A DNA stretch of 64,000 bases from a virus, in the IMG/VR virus record IMGVR_UViG_3300010370_000027. One strand, given 5' to 3'. Position numbers and translations under genes: made by a program. Position 1 is the stretch's first letter. The number at the start of each line of letters is the position of its first letter. Shown here in pieces: positions 18,796 to 28,899 of the stretch. Below the pieces are notes generated by a model that did no database searches, had not been told where the DNA came from, and was given only the letters and a program-made list of their open reading frames with translations.

Positions 18796-19041
18796 TTAAA
18801 TCTTCTTCGAAAGACGCTTCTTCGTCTCTTCGATCTTCGCGAGACGACGACGAAGACGAGTCTCCTCGATCTTAAGCGCCTTCATAAAATCAATGTGCTT
18901 CGCTGCAACCTTTTCGCTTCCGACCTCGTCAGCGTCGACCTCTTCTGTGTCTTTTGCTCGTTCTTCTGTCGACTCCATGTCGCCGAACTTGGCAACTTCC
19001 TCTTCAATGATTCTACGAAGTAACTGGCTTGTAAGTTTCAT
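18796..19041 (-). CDS. Small head-module protein with MKLTSQLLRRIIEEE leader
   Basis: Start at MKLT (GAGAGGA RBS); acidic middle, basic C-terminal helix. Confidence 0.65.
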   Translation of the reverse strand: MKLTSQLLRRIIEEEVAKFGDMESTEERAKDTEEVDADEVGSEKVAAKHIDFMKALKIEETRLRRRLAKIEETKKRLSKKI

Positions 19042-19091
19042 ATCAAAAAATCCTCTCACTTAAACGGTAAGTATATTCAAGAAGAAAAAAT

Positions 19092-19526
19092 TTACTTTTT
19101 TAGAGGTGAATCCATGAAAGCAAGTGATGCCCACTTGGATGTTACATCATCTCCAAAAAGGTCTTCCGGGTTTGCCCTGGCGACGACCTGTTCAACTAAT
19201 CCCCCACCTGCTGCTGCAGGAACGGGTGATTTTCCGTCGTTCTGCAAAAATGCAGGAAGTGTAGAAGCTGCAGTATCTGCAAAGATGTCTTCCATCACTT
19301 TATTTCCTCCTGCCTCTCTCCTTATTGTCTCTTTTAAACTAGGAGAAAACATCTTTTGAGGAGGTGGTTGCCTTCTAAGATTGTCTGAAAGAGGCGCGCT
19401 TGGCTGACGATTCACAACACTTTTTGGAGAGTCAGCATTTAAACCCAGGCCTTCACCCAATATTTCAACAAGGCATTCTTTGACAATAGATTTTAATTCA
19501 GATTTTGTGATCTTCATCCCGTTCAA
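19092..19526 (-). CDS. Head-module protein with MKITKSELKSIVKE leader
   Basis: ORF directly downstream of the protease; shared leader motif. Confidence 0.65.
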   Translation of the reverse strand: MNGMKITKSELKSIVKECLVEILGEGLGLNADSPKSVVNRQPSAPLSDNLRRQPPPQKMFSPSLKETIRREAGGNKVMEDIFADTAASTLPAFLQNDGKSPVPAAAGGGLVEQVVARANPEDLFGDDVTSKWASLAFMDSPLKK

Positions 19527-19529
19527 CCT

Positions 19530-20150
19530 TTACTTCTTTAATGTCAAAATATCGTTAACAATTCTATCAATTCTATCCGACTTATTGAATATGTTTCTTA
19601 ATTCATTCGAATTAATGGTCCTACCCTCAGGAAGCATAAATGCTCCGGGCGTAGAAGGCTCTGAAACGTAGTCCCAACAGATTAGCTGGAAGTCATCTTG
19701 AACGATGTGATAGTCACCTTGCTTCTTGACTGATCCTACACCTCGCGAGGAGATTCCGAGCTTGACTCCGCTCTCGACGAGGGACTGAAGTATCTTGCCA
19801 GAAGGTGTATCCAATAGCTCCACAGTACCATAAACCACCCCTCGATCCAGGTATGCTTCCTTAATGACGTGAGACACGTTCTTGAGGTTGACCACGGATG
19901 AGTCCGGGTGGTCCAACTCACCGAGAGCGCGGTTCTCAGCGATGAACTTCTGATAGTTACGGACTTCACGCTCGAGAACAGCCATCGGGTAGATGCGACC
20001 GTTCTGGTTGAGTGTGTCGGCCTTCTGAAGGATTCCCTTCATCATGACCTTACCGTTGTTCTTCTCCCGCGACTCCTTGATCATTTCAGGAGTGTAGTCG
20101 AAGACTTCGTATGAATTGAGTAGCTTGAGGTCTTGTGCCATGGTGTTCAC
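19530..20150 (-). CDS. gp21: Prohead core protein protease, T4 gp21-like
   Basis: GILQKADTLNQNGRIYP, ALGELDHP, VSH, TPSGKIL, LGISSRGVGS, WDYVSEPSTPGAF. Confidence 0.93.
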   Translation of the reverse strand: MNTMAQDLKLLNSYEVFDYTPEMIKESREKNNGKVMMKGILQKADTLNQNGRIYPMAVLEREVRNYQKFIAENRALGELDHPDSSVVNLKNVSHVIKEAYLDRGVVYGTVELLDTPSGKILQSLVESGVKLGISSRGVGSVKKQGDYHIVQDDFQLICWDYVSEPSTPGAFMLPEGRTINSNELRNIFNKSDRIDRIVNDILTLKK

Positions 20151-21001
20151 TCCTTAGATGCCAGTTCGTCGTTGAGTTTTGCGTAGAGCATGAATCGGGT
20201 AACTGTCGAGTCGTCGATTGAATCAAGATTCTCTTCGAGGAGAACGTTCTTTGTCTCAGAGAGTTTGTTCTTGAGGTAATCGTTCTGCACTTCTGACTCG
20301 TAGCCATCGATGAGTCCAACAAGATCATTCTTTATTTCTTGCAGCTTCATCTTTATTGAAGTTTGATCGTCTGACGCTGTCGAATACGCGTAAGCTTTGA
20401 TGAGAGACTTCTGATGCTCGTTAAGAACACCGTTGTACTTCTCATTGAGCTTCTTGGTCATGACTTTCATGAGAAGTCTTGCAGATCCTGAAGTATCTTC
20501 TGAAATTGAAGTATCTGGTTTCTGTACCTTTTCTGAAACAAGATGCTTCATGATGTGGTCTTCATACTGAGCAACCCTGTAGAGGTCCTTGTCAGACATA
20601 GTCCACTCGTTAATGAGGGTCTGAATTGTGGCAAAGAGTCTGTATTCGCTGATGTGCTGATCATAAAAGTCTTCATCATTCAAAATGTGATTGATGTTTC
20701 GAATGAGAATTGACTTCTCCCTATCAAGTTTTTGAATATCAAAAGAACCTACTGCGTTTTTTGCTTCACTCAAAATTGAAGCCGCTGTGTGCTCAGAGGC
20801 AACTGTAGTCTTTACGAGAGCGTTCATTAGACGAAATTCTTTGTAAATTTCTGTGCCTTGTCTAAAGTGCTTCTTTAAGATCTTGAGGGCGGCGGAAGAC
20901 TTTTTCTTGTTATCTTCTATGATTGACTTAGAAATAGTCCTCACGAGAAACTCGTATATGAGGAGGCTGTTTCTTCTCTTGTTATGCTTATTTGCGGCCA
21001 T
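20147..21001 (-). CDS. Hypothetical protein between portal and protease
   Basis: 284 aa helical ORF, KHNKRRN N-terminus, coupled to neighbours. Confidence 0.65.
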   Translation of the reverse strand: MAANKHNKRRNSLLIYEFLVRTISKSIIEDNKKKSSAALKILKKHFRQGTEIYKEFRLMNALVKTTVASEHTAASILSEAKNAVGSFDIQKLDREKSILIRNINHILNDEDFYDQHISEYRLFATIQTLINEWTMSDKDLYRVAQYEDHIMKHLVSEKVQKPDTSISEDTSGSARLLMKVMTKKLNEKYNGVLNEHQKSLIKAYAYSTASDDQTSIKMKLQEIKNDLVGLIDGYESEVQNDYLKNKLSETKNVLLEENLDSIDDSTVTRFMLYAKLNDELASKE

Positions 21002-21002
21002 T

Positions 21003-23012
21003 TCATTTGCTCCCGTCGTCGTCTATTATGAGGACTTCTCTATGTTCGCGTGCGTCTGCCTCATCAAAATTATCTGATTCGCTGAGGACTTGTGGAGTTT
21101 GTGTAGAATTTTTAGTATTTTTTTGAAACTTTGAAGACAGAGACATGTTTCTCAAAGAAGAAATAACGTCATTTCCAACGGGCGTCTTATGTGATGTCTT
21201 GTTGGCAGATTCTCCAAAGGGATTTCTTACGTAAGAATTCATCCATTCTCTGTCGTAAGGATCAGAGTAATTTTTGTCATTTGCTCTTGTCATTCTATTG
21301 AAGTCAGGAGAATGAGTCTTAGAAGGTCCGTGATGTCTGATCCTAGATCTATTGTAGAGAGCTCGGTCGAGTTGCTTTTGAGCCTTCACAGGTACTTCGA
21401 CATCCTTTAAAGAAAATTTAACTGGGACGTCGTCGTCATCTGGGTCTTCTCCGGCAGTGAGGAGATCAAGATAAGGATTCTTCTGAGAAGCGTCGTCTCC
21501 TGCAAAGAGATCTTCTGCTTCCCCGCCTTCTTCCTCGCCTGCCTCAGGCTCTTCGGTATCTTCAGGCTCCTCTGATGATTCACTGCCAGAATCAGGCTCA
21601 GCACTTTCTATGGCCTGATCTACAAGTTTCTCTCTAAGGCGTTGATCATCAATTTCCTTGCACTGATCGTCATTAAGTCCCCAAATCTCCTTGCGGATAA
21701 ATTCCTTAGACATCTGACCTTCAGGTGCAGTACCTGCAATCTCGAACTTAGATCTCCACAATTCCAACTTCTGCTGCTGAGCAACAGTCGATGGATTGGA
21801 CATACGCAAAGCAAAATTCTGCAGATCTTCAGAATCAAAGCCATGTGCATAAAGATGAATTATTGCCAATTTATTAAGCTCAGCAACAATTGTCTTTTGA
21901 ATAACGTTGATAGTCCTGGAAAATCTGATGTCTTCCTGAGCAAGTGTTGCTTTGCTTGAAAGAGATTCGTCATAACCGAGATATGCACGTGGAATCTTAA
22001 GGGCTGCAAAGAGCTTCTTCTGAATGTAGGCCACATCTTCAACAGCCGCAGTGTTCTGACCGCCTGCAAGTGTATCGATTCTCGTACCGGAATCTCCGCC
22101 GCGGACAGGTATAAAATAGTCCTCATCGACAGAAAGTGGGTTGTAACGAAGATCGACTCGACCTGTTGAACGATCAATGACTTGTGAGGAACGAAGGTTC
22201 TTCCTTTGCTCCTCGACGTACATAGGAACGTTCTCAGGCGGTATGTTGGCCACGTCGATGTAGAAGACGCGCCTTTCTGGTGCGCGAACAACTCGGTAGA
22301 CCAGCATGGCGTCCTCGATGAGGATCAATTGACGCCAAATCCTGCGGGCGGGTTCGATCACTGAGGAGCCATAGGGAAGAAACATGTCGTTTCCCAAGAG
22401 CCTGAAGTGTGTAACCTCCCAGTTCTCCAGCGTTCTATTGCCGAGAGTGACCCATCGGTAACGAACTGCCATGGGATCGCTAGGATCGTAGTTCTCCTCG
22501 CGCTCGATCTCGTTCACCGGGATGGGGAAAGCACTGATGACACCATGCTCCGGTGACACGTCGTTATAGAGGAACATGTCACCGTACTTGACAAGATTTC
22601 TTACCCAGGACCTGAGGTTGAACTCCACATTGAGTGTGTTGTAGAAGAGGTCCTCAAGAATCTCTCTGATCTTCTCGTTATCCGAGTAGATGTGGAGGAC
22701 TCGTCCCTTCTCGTCCTGTGCACATGTCTCGTCAGCATAGATGTCCAGGGCCGCCGCCAATTCAGGAGTGTATTCCATCTCAGCGAAATCTTGATAACGC
22801 ATGAGACGCTCTGAAAGATTGTAGGCATTAGCCGTTATAGTGGCATATGTTGGCGCCATCGACTTCTGAAATAACAAAGCTCCACTGCTCTTTGTTTTAT
22901 CTGCCACAGCAACAGTAGTATCGAGCGCCCTGATCTTTCTCTTGACAACAGGACCACTTCGAAATAGCTTTGTTAATTTCTGAAAGATGTTTTGGTCTTC
23001 TTTTTTCGCCAT
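21003..23012 (-). CDS. gp20: Portal protein, T4 gp20-like
   Basis: LIEDAMLVYRVVRAPERRVFYIDV, EDYFIPVRG, IDTLAGGQN, DVAYIQKKLFAALKIP; long acidic C-terminal extension. Confidence 0.93.
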   Translation of the reverse strand: MAKKEDQNIFQKLTKLFRSGPVVKRKIRALDTTVAVADKTKSSGALLFQKSMAPTYATITANAYNLSERLMRYQDFAEMEYTPELAAALDIYADETCAQDEKGRVLHIYSDNEKIREILEDLFYNTLNVEFNLRSWVRNLVKYGDMFLYNDVSPEHGVISAFPIPVNEIEREENYDPSDPMAVRYRWVTLGNRTLENWEVTHFRLLGNDMFLPYGSSVIEPARRIWRQLILIEDAMLVYRVVRAPERRVFYIDVANIPPENVPMYVEEQRKNLRSSQVIDRSTGRVDLRYNPLSVDEDYFIPVRGGDSGTRIDTLAGGQNTAAVEDVAYIQKKLFAALKIPRAYLGYDESLSSKATLAQEDIRFSRTINVIQKTIVAELNKLAIIHLYAHGFDSEDLQNFALRMSNPSTVAQQQKLELWRSKFEIAGTAPEGQMSKEFIRKEIWGLNDDQCKEIDDQRLREKLVDQAIESAEPDSGSESSEEPEDTEEPEAGEEEGGEAEDLFAGDDASQKNPYLDLLTAGEDPDDDDVPVKFSLKDVEVPVKAQKQLDRALYNRSRIRHHGPSKTHSPDFNRMTRANDKNYSDPYDREWMNSYVRNPFGESANKTSHKTPVGNDVISSLRNMSLSSKFQKNTKNSTQTPQVLSESDNFDEADAREHREVLIIDDDGSK

Positions 23013-23070
23013 TTTATTCTCGCTGATCCATTAAGGGATCAGCCCTAAGTTTTTTTAAAATACAACAAAA

Positions 23071-23361
23071 TTACTTCTGCGCTTTAAGAGTTACTTTTTG
23101 CGCTGAAGGTTTTGTTGCATCGACATATTGCATCGGAGAGGCAACAATTCTATTGAGAATCTGCTCTAGGCCATCAAGATTTCCTCCAAGCTCGGCCTTA
23201 GCTTTTTCGCTAGCGCTCTCCTTAAAAGACTCGATAGCTCCTAAAAGTTTGGTAGCAGCTCCCATAATCTTAGAGGCAGAGTCATGGTCTGCGCCTTCAT
23301 TAAGAGACTCTATCTCTTCGCGAATTATTCTCTTAAGAGTATTTAGATTAATCTTTGACAT
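23071..23361 (-). CDS. Small protein with LKRIIREEIESLNE leader
   Basis: 96 aa; AGAGGA RBS; shared leader motif. Confidence 0.65.
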   Translation of the reverse strand: MSKINLNTLKRIIREEIESLNEGADHDSASKIMGAATKLLGAIESFKESASEKAKAELGGNLDGLEQILNRIVASPMQYVDATKPSAQKVTLKAQK

Positions 23362-23459
23362 GTTTCCTCTGATCAGATATGTTAAATAATAGATCTTCAG
23401 CCCTTTTAAACGAGCAATTTCTATTTATGAACTTAATCTTTAAAAACAACAACGACAAG

Positions 23460-25076
23460 CTATCTAAAAAGCCAAGAAAAGTCTGATACGTCGACGTGCT
23501 TTATGTCCTCGGGCTTTTTCGCTTTGTGTACATTTTCTGGTGTGAATCCCTGTATCTGGGCATTTGGGACAGGCCGCACTTGATTGACTCCGCCGGGCAG
23601 GTCATTCAAATTTCTATTTCCTACTGCTGTCGCTTTTAGCATTGCCATGGCCATTGCCATGCCCTGAGTATCTCCACCGCCCTCGCCTGCAGCGAGCCAA
23701 GTTCCAATAGCTAGACTCATGATAAGGTCGTCGTGGGCATCTTTGGAAGCCTGAGCTTTTGCACCATTCCAGATAAAGGCCTGCAATTGATCAAAAAGAC
23801 GTTGAGAGTAAGTTTTTAGCCTTGAATTTCTTATTGATTCTTCAAGCTTTGTCAGTATCTGAGTCCTAGTCTTGGTCTGTGTCGAGAATCCAGGCACTGA
23901 TTCTGGGTCTGAAGGCTTGTATCCAAACAAATCTCCCCCATTATTGTGATAGTACAAAGCAGGGTATCCTTCATCTCTAAGCTTGACACAAGTAAAGTAT
24001 CCGAACGTGTTTTGTTCTGGGCATATCAAGGCATTGTTGTAACGCCTTCCATAAGTAGAAAGAAGCTCTGCAAGCCTATCGGGAGGTATTTTCCCCATGA
24101 ATTCTGCACACACTTCGCACGATTCGTAGTCTATGACATGAAAAGTTGAATAGTCAGAAGCATCTCCTCTTGCGACATCTGCAGAAATTATATACTTGTG
24201 CCCTTGCTCTGGGTTCTTCCAGATCCAGACTCCATTCTGTGGCCCTTCTTTTAGATTTGGCGGTCTAATAAGACCTCGAAGTTTTTCAAACTCAGAAGGC
24301 TGTAGAAACGTGTCACCGGACGAAACGAAGTCACATAAAAACTCTTGCGCGATCTGACGCTTCGTGAGGTTTCTGGTCTCTTTGTTGAACCAATCTTGGT
24401 CGTGTTCTGGGTGGACGTCCCATGGGAGTCTTATAGGATTGAAGTCATTTGCACCAGTCTCGGCTTCTGTCCACAGCTTGTAGTACTGACCTCCCACGCC
24501 GTTTGGAGTGGACAGGATGATAGCAGAACCACCGGTTGAGAGTGTTGGATAAAGAGACGTCCAAATCTCATCGAAGTCTCTAATGAATGCTGCCTCGTCT
24601 ACGATAAGTAGCGCTAATGCTTCAGAACGACCGGCGTCAGGAGATGTTGGAACAGCAGTTATTGTTGAGCCATTATCAAAACGAATTGACTGCTTTGTAG
24701 GTTCAAACTTAGTCAACAGAAGCCAAGGAGGAAGACCATCAAGCATGGTCTTTACTTTCTTGATGAAGTTAATTGCTGTGTTAAGCTTAGTTGCAATGAC
24801 AAGAATGTTCTTGTCCTTTTTAAAAATTGCATACCAAACAACATAGGCAGCGGAGACCGTAGAAAGTCCCAACTGCCTAGACTTGAGAACAATGTTAAAT
24901 CGATGCTGTTGAAACTGTTTTACACAATCGTTCTGGAAATCATATGTGTCGAAGGGGATAAGACCTCTCAGCTGATGCTGAATCTTGCAGTACTTCTTCA
25001 TAAAGTACGTTGGATCTTTACCGCACTTTAGTATCTCTGCTACTACCGCCTGTCTTGAAGGAGTCGTTGTTGTCAT
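23460..25076 (-). CDS. gp17: Terminase large subunit, T4 gp17-like
   Basis: YDFQ, KSRQLGLST (Walker A), LIVDEAAF (Walker B), LSTPNG, ADVARG...DYS, HDDLIMSLAI nuclease motifs. Confidence 0.95.
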   Translation of the reverse strand: MTTTTPSRQAVVAEILKCGKDPTYFMKKYCKIQHQLRGLIPFDTYDFQNDCVKQFQQHRFNIVLKSRQLGLSTVSAAYVVWYAIFKKDKNILVIATKLNTAINFIKKVKTMLDGLPPWLLLTKFEPTKQSIRFDNGSTITAVPTSPDAGRSEALALLIVDEAAFIRDFDEIWTSLYPTLSTGGSAIILSTPNGVGGQYYKLWTEAETGANDFNPIRLPWDVHPEHDQDWFNKETRNLTKRQIAQEFLCDFVSSGDTFLQPSEFEKLRGLIRPPNLKEGPQNGVWIWKNPEQGHKYIISADVARGDASDYSTFHVIDYESCEVCAEFMGKIPPDRLAELLSTYGRRYNNALICPEQNTFGYFTCVKLRDEGYPALYYHNNGGDLFGYKPSDPESVPGFSTQTKTRTQILTKLEESIRNSRLKTYSQRLFDQLQAFIWNGAKAQASKDAHDDLIMSLAIGTWLAAGEGGGDTQGMAMAMAMLKATAVGNRNLNDLPGGVNQVRPVPNAQIQGFTPENVHKAKKPEDIKHVDVSDFSWLFR

Positions 25077-25456
25077 GCAATCTCGAAAATTACCTTGCGT
25101 CTATAATACGCGGTACGCTTCGGATTGTGAACGTTAAATCCTATGATTTCAATAGAGTCAGTAGCACTCTCTTCTTTTAGCGTTATCGAATCACCAGTCA
25201 GTTCCTTGTAAATTTCTTTGACGGACTTGACGTGTTCTGCGATGACGTCCTGAGACTCCTCTGCACACTGTCTCTTCATCTTAATCATCTCTCCCTCAGA
25301 AACGAAGTTTGTGATGACCTTGTAGGAAGCAAGAAGCCTGCTGTCACCGAGGAAAGTAAACTTGACCGAGTATGATGCTGTCTTCGGTGTAGATGACCTG
25401 CCCCAGGTCGTGTCTATTGCTTGGCCGAGGGCGTTGATGTTGAGTGTCTTGGGCAT
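25073..25456 (-). CDS. Hypothetical protein upstream of terminase
   Basis: 127 aa; ATGA overlap with terL; AGGAG RBS. Confidence 0.65.
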   Translation of the reverse strand: MPKTLNINALGQAIDTTWGRSSTPKTASYSVKFTFLGDSRLLASYKVITNFVSEGEMIKMKRQCAEESQDVIAEHVKSVKEIYKELTGDSITLKEESATDSIEIIGFNVHNPKRTAYYRRKVIFEIA

Positions 25457-25476
25457 ATGGAAAGACTCCTGTAACC

Positions 25477-25755
25477 TTAAGTATGATCGATCTTATATTT
25501 ATTCATTACTTCCTCAGAAGATGGTCGCCACCCTTGCATCCACTTTTCTTTGTTGGGGTACGCCCAAAATGTTGAACATGAATCACAGCATTCGAACTTT
25601 TCGTATGCTTCTTCATCCATTTCAGTTCTCATAATTTTCTCACACACCCCACAAAAAAGAGGAACAAATTTATCCCTTTCCTTGGGAATGATCACAAAAA
25701 AATTATCTCTGTCAGAAATGAGACGATTTCCTAAATAATTTTTCCAAGATGTCAT
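25477..25755 (-). CDS. Small zinc-finger protein
   Basis: CGVC...CCDSC; coupled to sbcCD by ATGA overlap. Confidence 0.6.
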   Translation of the reverse strand: MTSWKNYLGNRLISDRDNFFVIIPKERDKFVPLFCGVCEKIMRTEMDEEAYEKFECCDSCSTFWAYPNKEKWMQGWRPSSEEVMNKYKIDHT

Positions 25756-28700
25756 AGAAATTCTATCCTTGAGTCTTTTTCTGACTTAGTAATTTCCAGA
25801 ATATGATCTGCGCTGTCTTTGATTCCATCGACGTGAGTGATAACGATAACTGTCTTAAAATATTTCTTTAGAGAGGCTAAAAATCTACTACACGCTTCAA
25901 CGCCTGCACTATCCAAAGTTCCAAATCCTTCATCGATTATAAAAAAGTCGGACTTAGGCAAAGAAGAAACGTTGATCATTGCAACTCTCAGAGCAATTGC
26001 AGAAATTGTTTTTTCCATGCCTGAGCAAAGCTCTATGATTCTTCTTGAATCACCGTAATTAATGTAAATCTCTAGTGAATCTGTGTCCTCATCAGATTCT
26101 AGCTCTATAGTAAAATCAACAATTCCTTGCAAGATTTTTGAAACCTCTGCATTGATAAGCGGAAGCTGTGATTTAGTGACAAGAAGAGGAATTCCTTTCT
26201 TAGAAAATGCATTTGCAATTAATTCATGCATTCTAACGCTTTGAAGTAGTAAATCTCTAGTCTTCTTCTCTTCTTCCAGTTTTTCAATGCTGGATTGTAT
26301 TTTTCCGAGCTTGGCAGCAGCCTCTATCTTTTGAGTGTCATACAAGCTAGATAGTTGTGAAAGCTCAGTTATCTTATCTCTGATAGAGATGACCTCCTCT
26401 GCAACATCATTATCGAGTGAAAGTCGTAGATTCTCTAGCTTCTTCTTTGCCTCATCAAGCAATGTTTGACAAGAATCACAAGCTGTCTTGATCTTTGCTA
26501 TCTCTGTCTCTTTCTTTGAAATTTCAAGTTTCATCTTGTCCGACAGCTGAGAAGCTTTTTCGTACTTCGATATTTTCTCAGCAATAGTATTGTCTTCGAC
26601 GCTAGCAAGAGAGGCTCGTGCCTCCTCTAAGACGCTTAAAGCCTTTGAAACTTTTTTGATTTGATCAGGAAGATAATTCTTGTTAACGTGTGCGTCTTTT
26701 ATGAACTTGCACGTTGGATAATTGTCTCCACAAGGAACTTCATCCAAAATGACTAAAGATTTCTTCTGCTGCGAAAGGATTGTCTCTTCTTTTTCATGAA
26801 TATGTCTAAGCTCTGAAATTGCAGTCTGCAATTTGCGCTGTGTATCTTGACGATCCTTTAAGTCATTGACGTCTATTGAGTCGATAATCTGCTGAAGTGC
26901 ATCGACCTTCTCCTGCAAGGAATGGATCTCTTGCTCGAGTGAGCTTATACTTCCAAGACAATCTTCAGCTTTTTTCTCCAAAGAAGTTACTCTTCTCTCC
27001 TGAGATACAACGTCTTCTTTTGTTATGGGAGTTGCATTGTGCTTTAAGAGTTCAGACTTCAAGAGAGTGAGAGACGTCTGATTCTCAGAAATCATGTCAG
27101 TAAGTCGATTTATTTTATCTTCATTTTCTTTGGCAAGCGCCTCATTAGAAGACTTCAATTCAGACCAGTTCCTGTCTGGGAAGTTTTTTAACTGTGATTT
27201 AACAGATGAAACTTCTTTCGAAGAAAGCTCATGCATTCTATCGAACACATCGAGGTCAAGAAACTTCGTAAGAATAGATCTTCTCTTTGTAGAGCCCTGA
27301 GAGAGAAAGATGTTAGTTTCTCCTTGAGCTGACAAAGACGTTATTAAAAAATCATCAGAAATTCCTAGAAGAGTTCTTATGGTCTTCTCTGTATCATTTC
27401 TTTGCTCTCCGCAGAGATCGTCCATGTCTTCTTCATCTTCTCTCATTCTAAAAAGATTTAGAGAAGTAGAAGCGCTGACAACACCTTTCTTATTAGTGTT
27501 CTTTGCCGTCTGCCTTTCAATCACGTAGGTGGAACCATTGTGATCAAGAATAGCTCTTGCTGAGCAATAGTCCTTTCTGACGTTGCAGATATTAATGTTC
27601 TTGATAGGACCTCTATCAGTCGCATTAAAGAGTGCGTACATTAATGTTCCAACAATGGATGATTTACCAGTTCTATTGGGACCAAAAATTCCGACTATGC
27701 CGTTCAATTTTTCAAAATTGATAACGTTGCTTTCTCCATAAGAAAAGAGATTGTCCCACTCAAGCCGTCGGAGTGACCACTTAGAATTGCGTGCATGATC
27801 TTCAGAAGTAGAAACTTGCTTAAGATAAGACTTTGCAGTATCACTGAGTGACTCCATCTCTTTTTCAGAGAGATTTAATTCAGAGTAATACTCTCTCAGA
27901 AGCTTAGTAATAACTTCGGAAGATCTAAGGTCTGTTTTTGCAACAGAGGTTGTGCTAGTCTTTACTATCTCAGTGTTAACCTGTGCATCGATCTTATAGG
28001 TTACTTCTGAGGCATTCATCTCTGTCTTAAGAGACTCAGAAAGTATATGAACTTCATCTTGTGTAAGAGAAACGTTAGATCTAATCCTAAATCTAGTGCC
28101 TTGAGGGCAAGCCTTGGCAAGGCCAAGCGTCTTGTCAAGCTTCCCTGCCCAGTCAATTGTAATAAAAGGCTTTGGATTCGGAAGAGGCCTATTTACGACA
28201 GACCAGTCAGAAGAATTATTTATTTCCCAAAGATAGTATCCGTGGTTTAATTCTTCGGCATAATTCTGCTGAATCGGGGTGCCAGGATAGCCTATCCACG
28301 GCTTTCCATCCCTGTAGCCAAGGAACTGCTGTTTGTGAATGTCACCCAGCATGCAAAAATCATAGTCTTTAAAAAAGTCTGTCGTTATTCTATCTTCTTC
28401 AATCTCCCAGCCAGTCTCAGAATAGGAACCCTTAACACCACCGTGAAAAGTCGCAATGTTAATATCTCCTTGAACGGGCTTAAGATCATCCCACCCGTCC
28501 TCGTCGAAGCATGAGAAAACGCACCAGTTATATCCTGGTGAGAAGTTATAAACTCCCGACTTCTTGTAGAGGAAAACACGCGGATTCTTCATCGCCTCCA
28601 CGATGGGTGTGACAGCGTCTTGGCGGGACAGGTTCACGAGATTTCCATCGTGATTACCAAGGACCATGTGGACGGGTGCTACCTTCGCCATCTCCTCCAA

Positions 28701-28892
28701 CCACCACGTGAGGAGCTCGATGTACTCAGGTGAGATTCCTGTCACCTTCGTGTGGAAGATGTCTCCACCGATGAAGATATGATCTACCTTCTGTGCCTTA
28801 CAATCATCTATGAACGCCTTGAAGACTTGTCTGTACTCGTCGTGACGAGAAAGAGCCCTGATATGAATGTCGGCAGTATGAGCAATACGCAT
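25752..28892 (-). CDS. Fused SbcD(Mre11/gp47)-SbcC(Rad50/gp46) recombination nuclease-ATPase
   Basis: N-terminal ADIH, GGDIFH, GNHD, GDIH phosphoesterase motifs; then GPNRTGKSS (Walker A), coiled coil with PCGDNYPTC hook, CSGME signature, IIDEGFGTLD, ITH; start at MRIAH. Confidence 0.9.
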   Translation of the reverse strand: MRIAHTADIHIRALSRHDEYRQVFKAFIDDCKAQKVDHIFIGGDIFHTKVTGISPEYIELLTWWLEEMAKVAPVHMVLGNHDGNLVNLSRQDAVTPIVEAMKNPRVFLYKKSGVYNFSPGYNWCVFSCFDEDGWDDLKPVQGDINIATFHGGVKGSYSETGWEIEEDRITTDFFKDYDFCMLGDIHKQQFLGYRDGKPWIGYPGTPIQQNYAEELNHGYYLWEINNSSDWSVVNRPLPNPKPFITIDWAGKLDKTLGLAKACPQGTRFRIRSNVSLTQDEVHILSESLKTEMNASEVTYKIDAQVNTEIVKTSTTSVAKTDLRSSEVITKLLREYYSELNLSEKEMESLSDTAKSYLKQVSTSEDHARNSKWSLRRLEWDNLFSYGESNVINFEKLNGIVGIFGPNRTGKSSIVGTLMYALFNATDRGPIKNINICNVRKDYCSARAILDHNGSTYVIERQTAKNTNKKGVVSASTSLNLFRMREDEEDMDDLCGEQRNDTEKTIRTLLGISDDFLITSLSAQGETNIFLSQGSTKRRSILTKFLDLDVFDRMHELSSKEVSSVKSQLKNFPDRNWSELKSSNEALAKENEDKINRLTDMISENQTSLTLLKSELLKHNATPITKEDVVSQERRVTSLEKKAEDCLGSISSLEQEIHSLQEKVDALQQIIDSIDVNDLKDRQDTQRKLQTAISELRHIHEKEETILSQQKKSLVILDEVPCGDNYPTCKFIKDAHVNKNYLPDQIKKVSKALSVLEEARASLASVEDNTIAEKISKYEKASQLSDKMKLEISKKETEIAKIKTACDSCQTLLDEAKKKLENLRLSLDNDVAEEVISIRDKITELSQLSSLYDTQKIEAAAKLGKIQSSIEKLEEEKKTRDLLLQSVRMHELIANAFSKKGIPLLVTKSQLPLINAEVSKILQGIVDFTIELESDEDTDSLEIYINYGDSRRIIELCSGMEKTISAIALRVAMINVSSLPKSDFFIIDEGFGTLDSAGVEACSRFLASLKKYFKTVIVITHVDGIKDSADHILEITKSEKDSRIEFL

Positions 28893-28899
28893 TAGGTTA

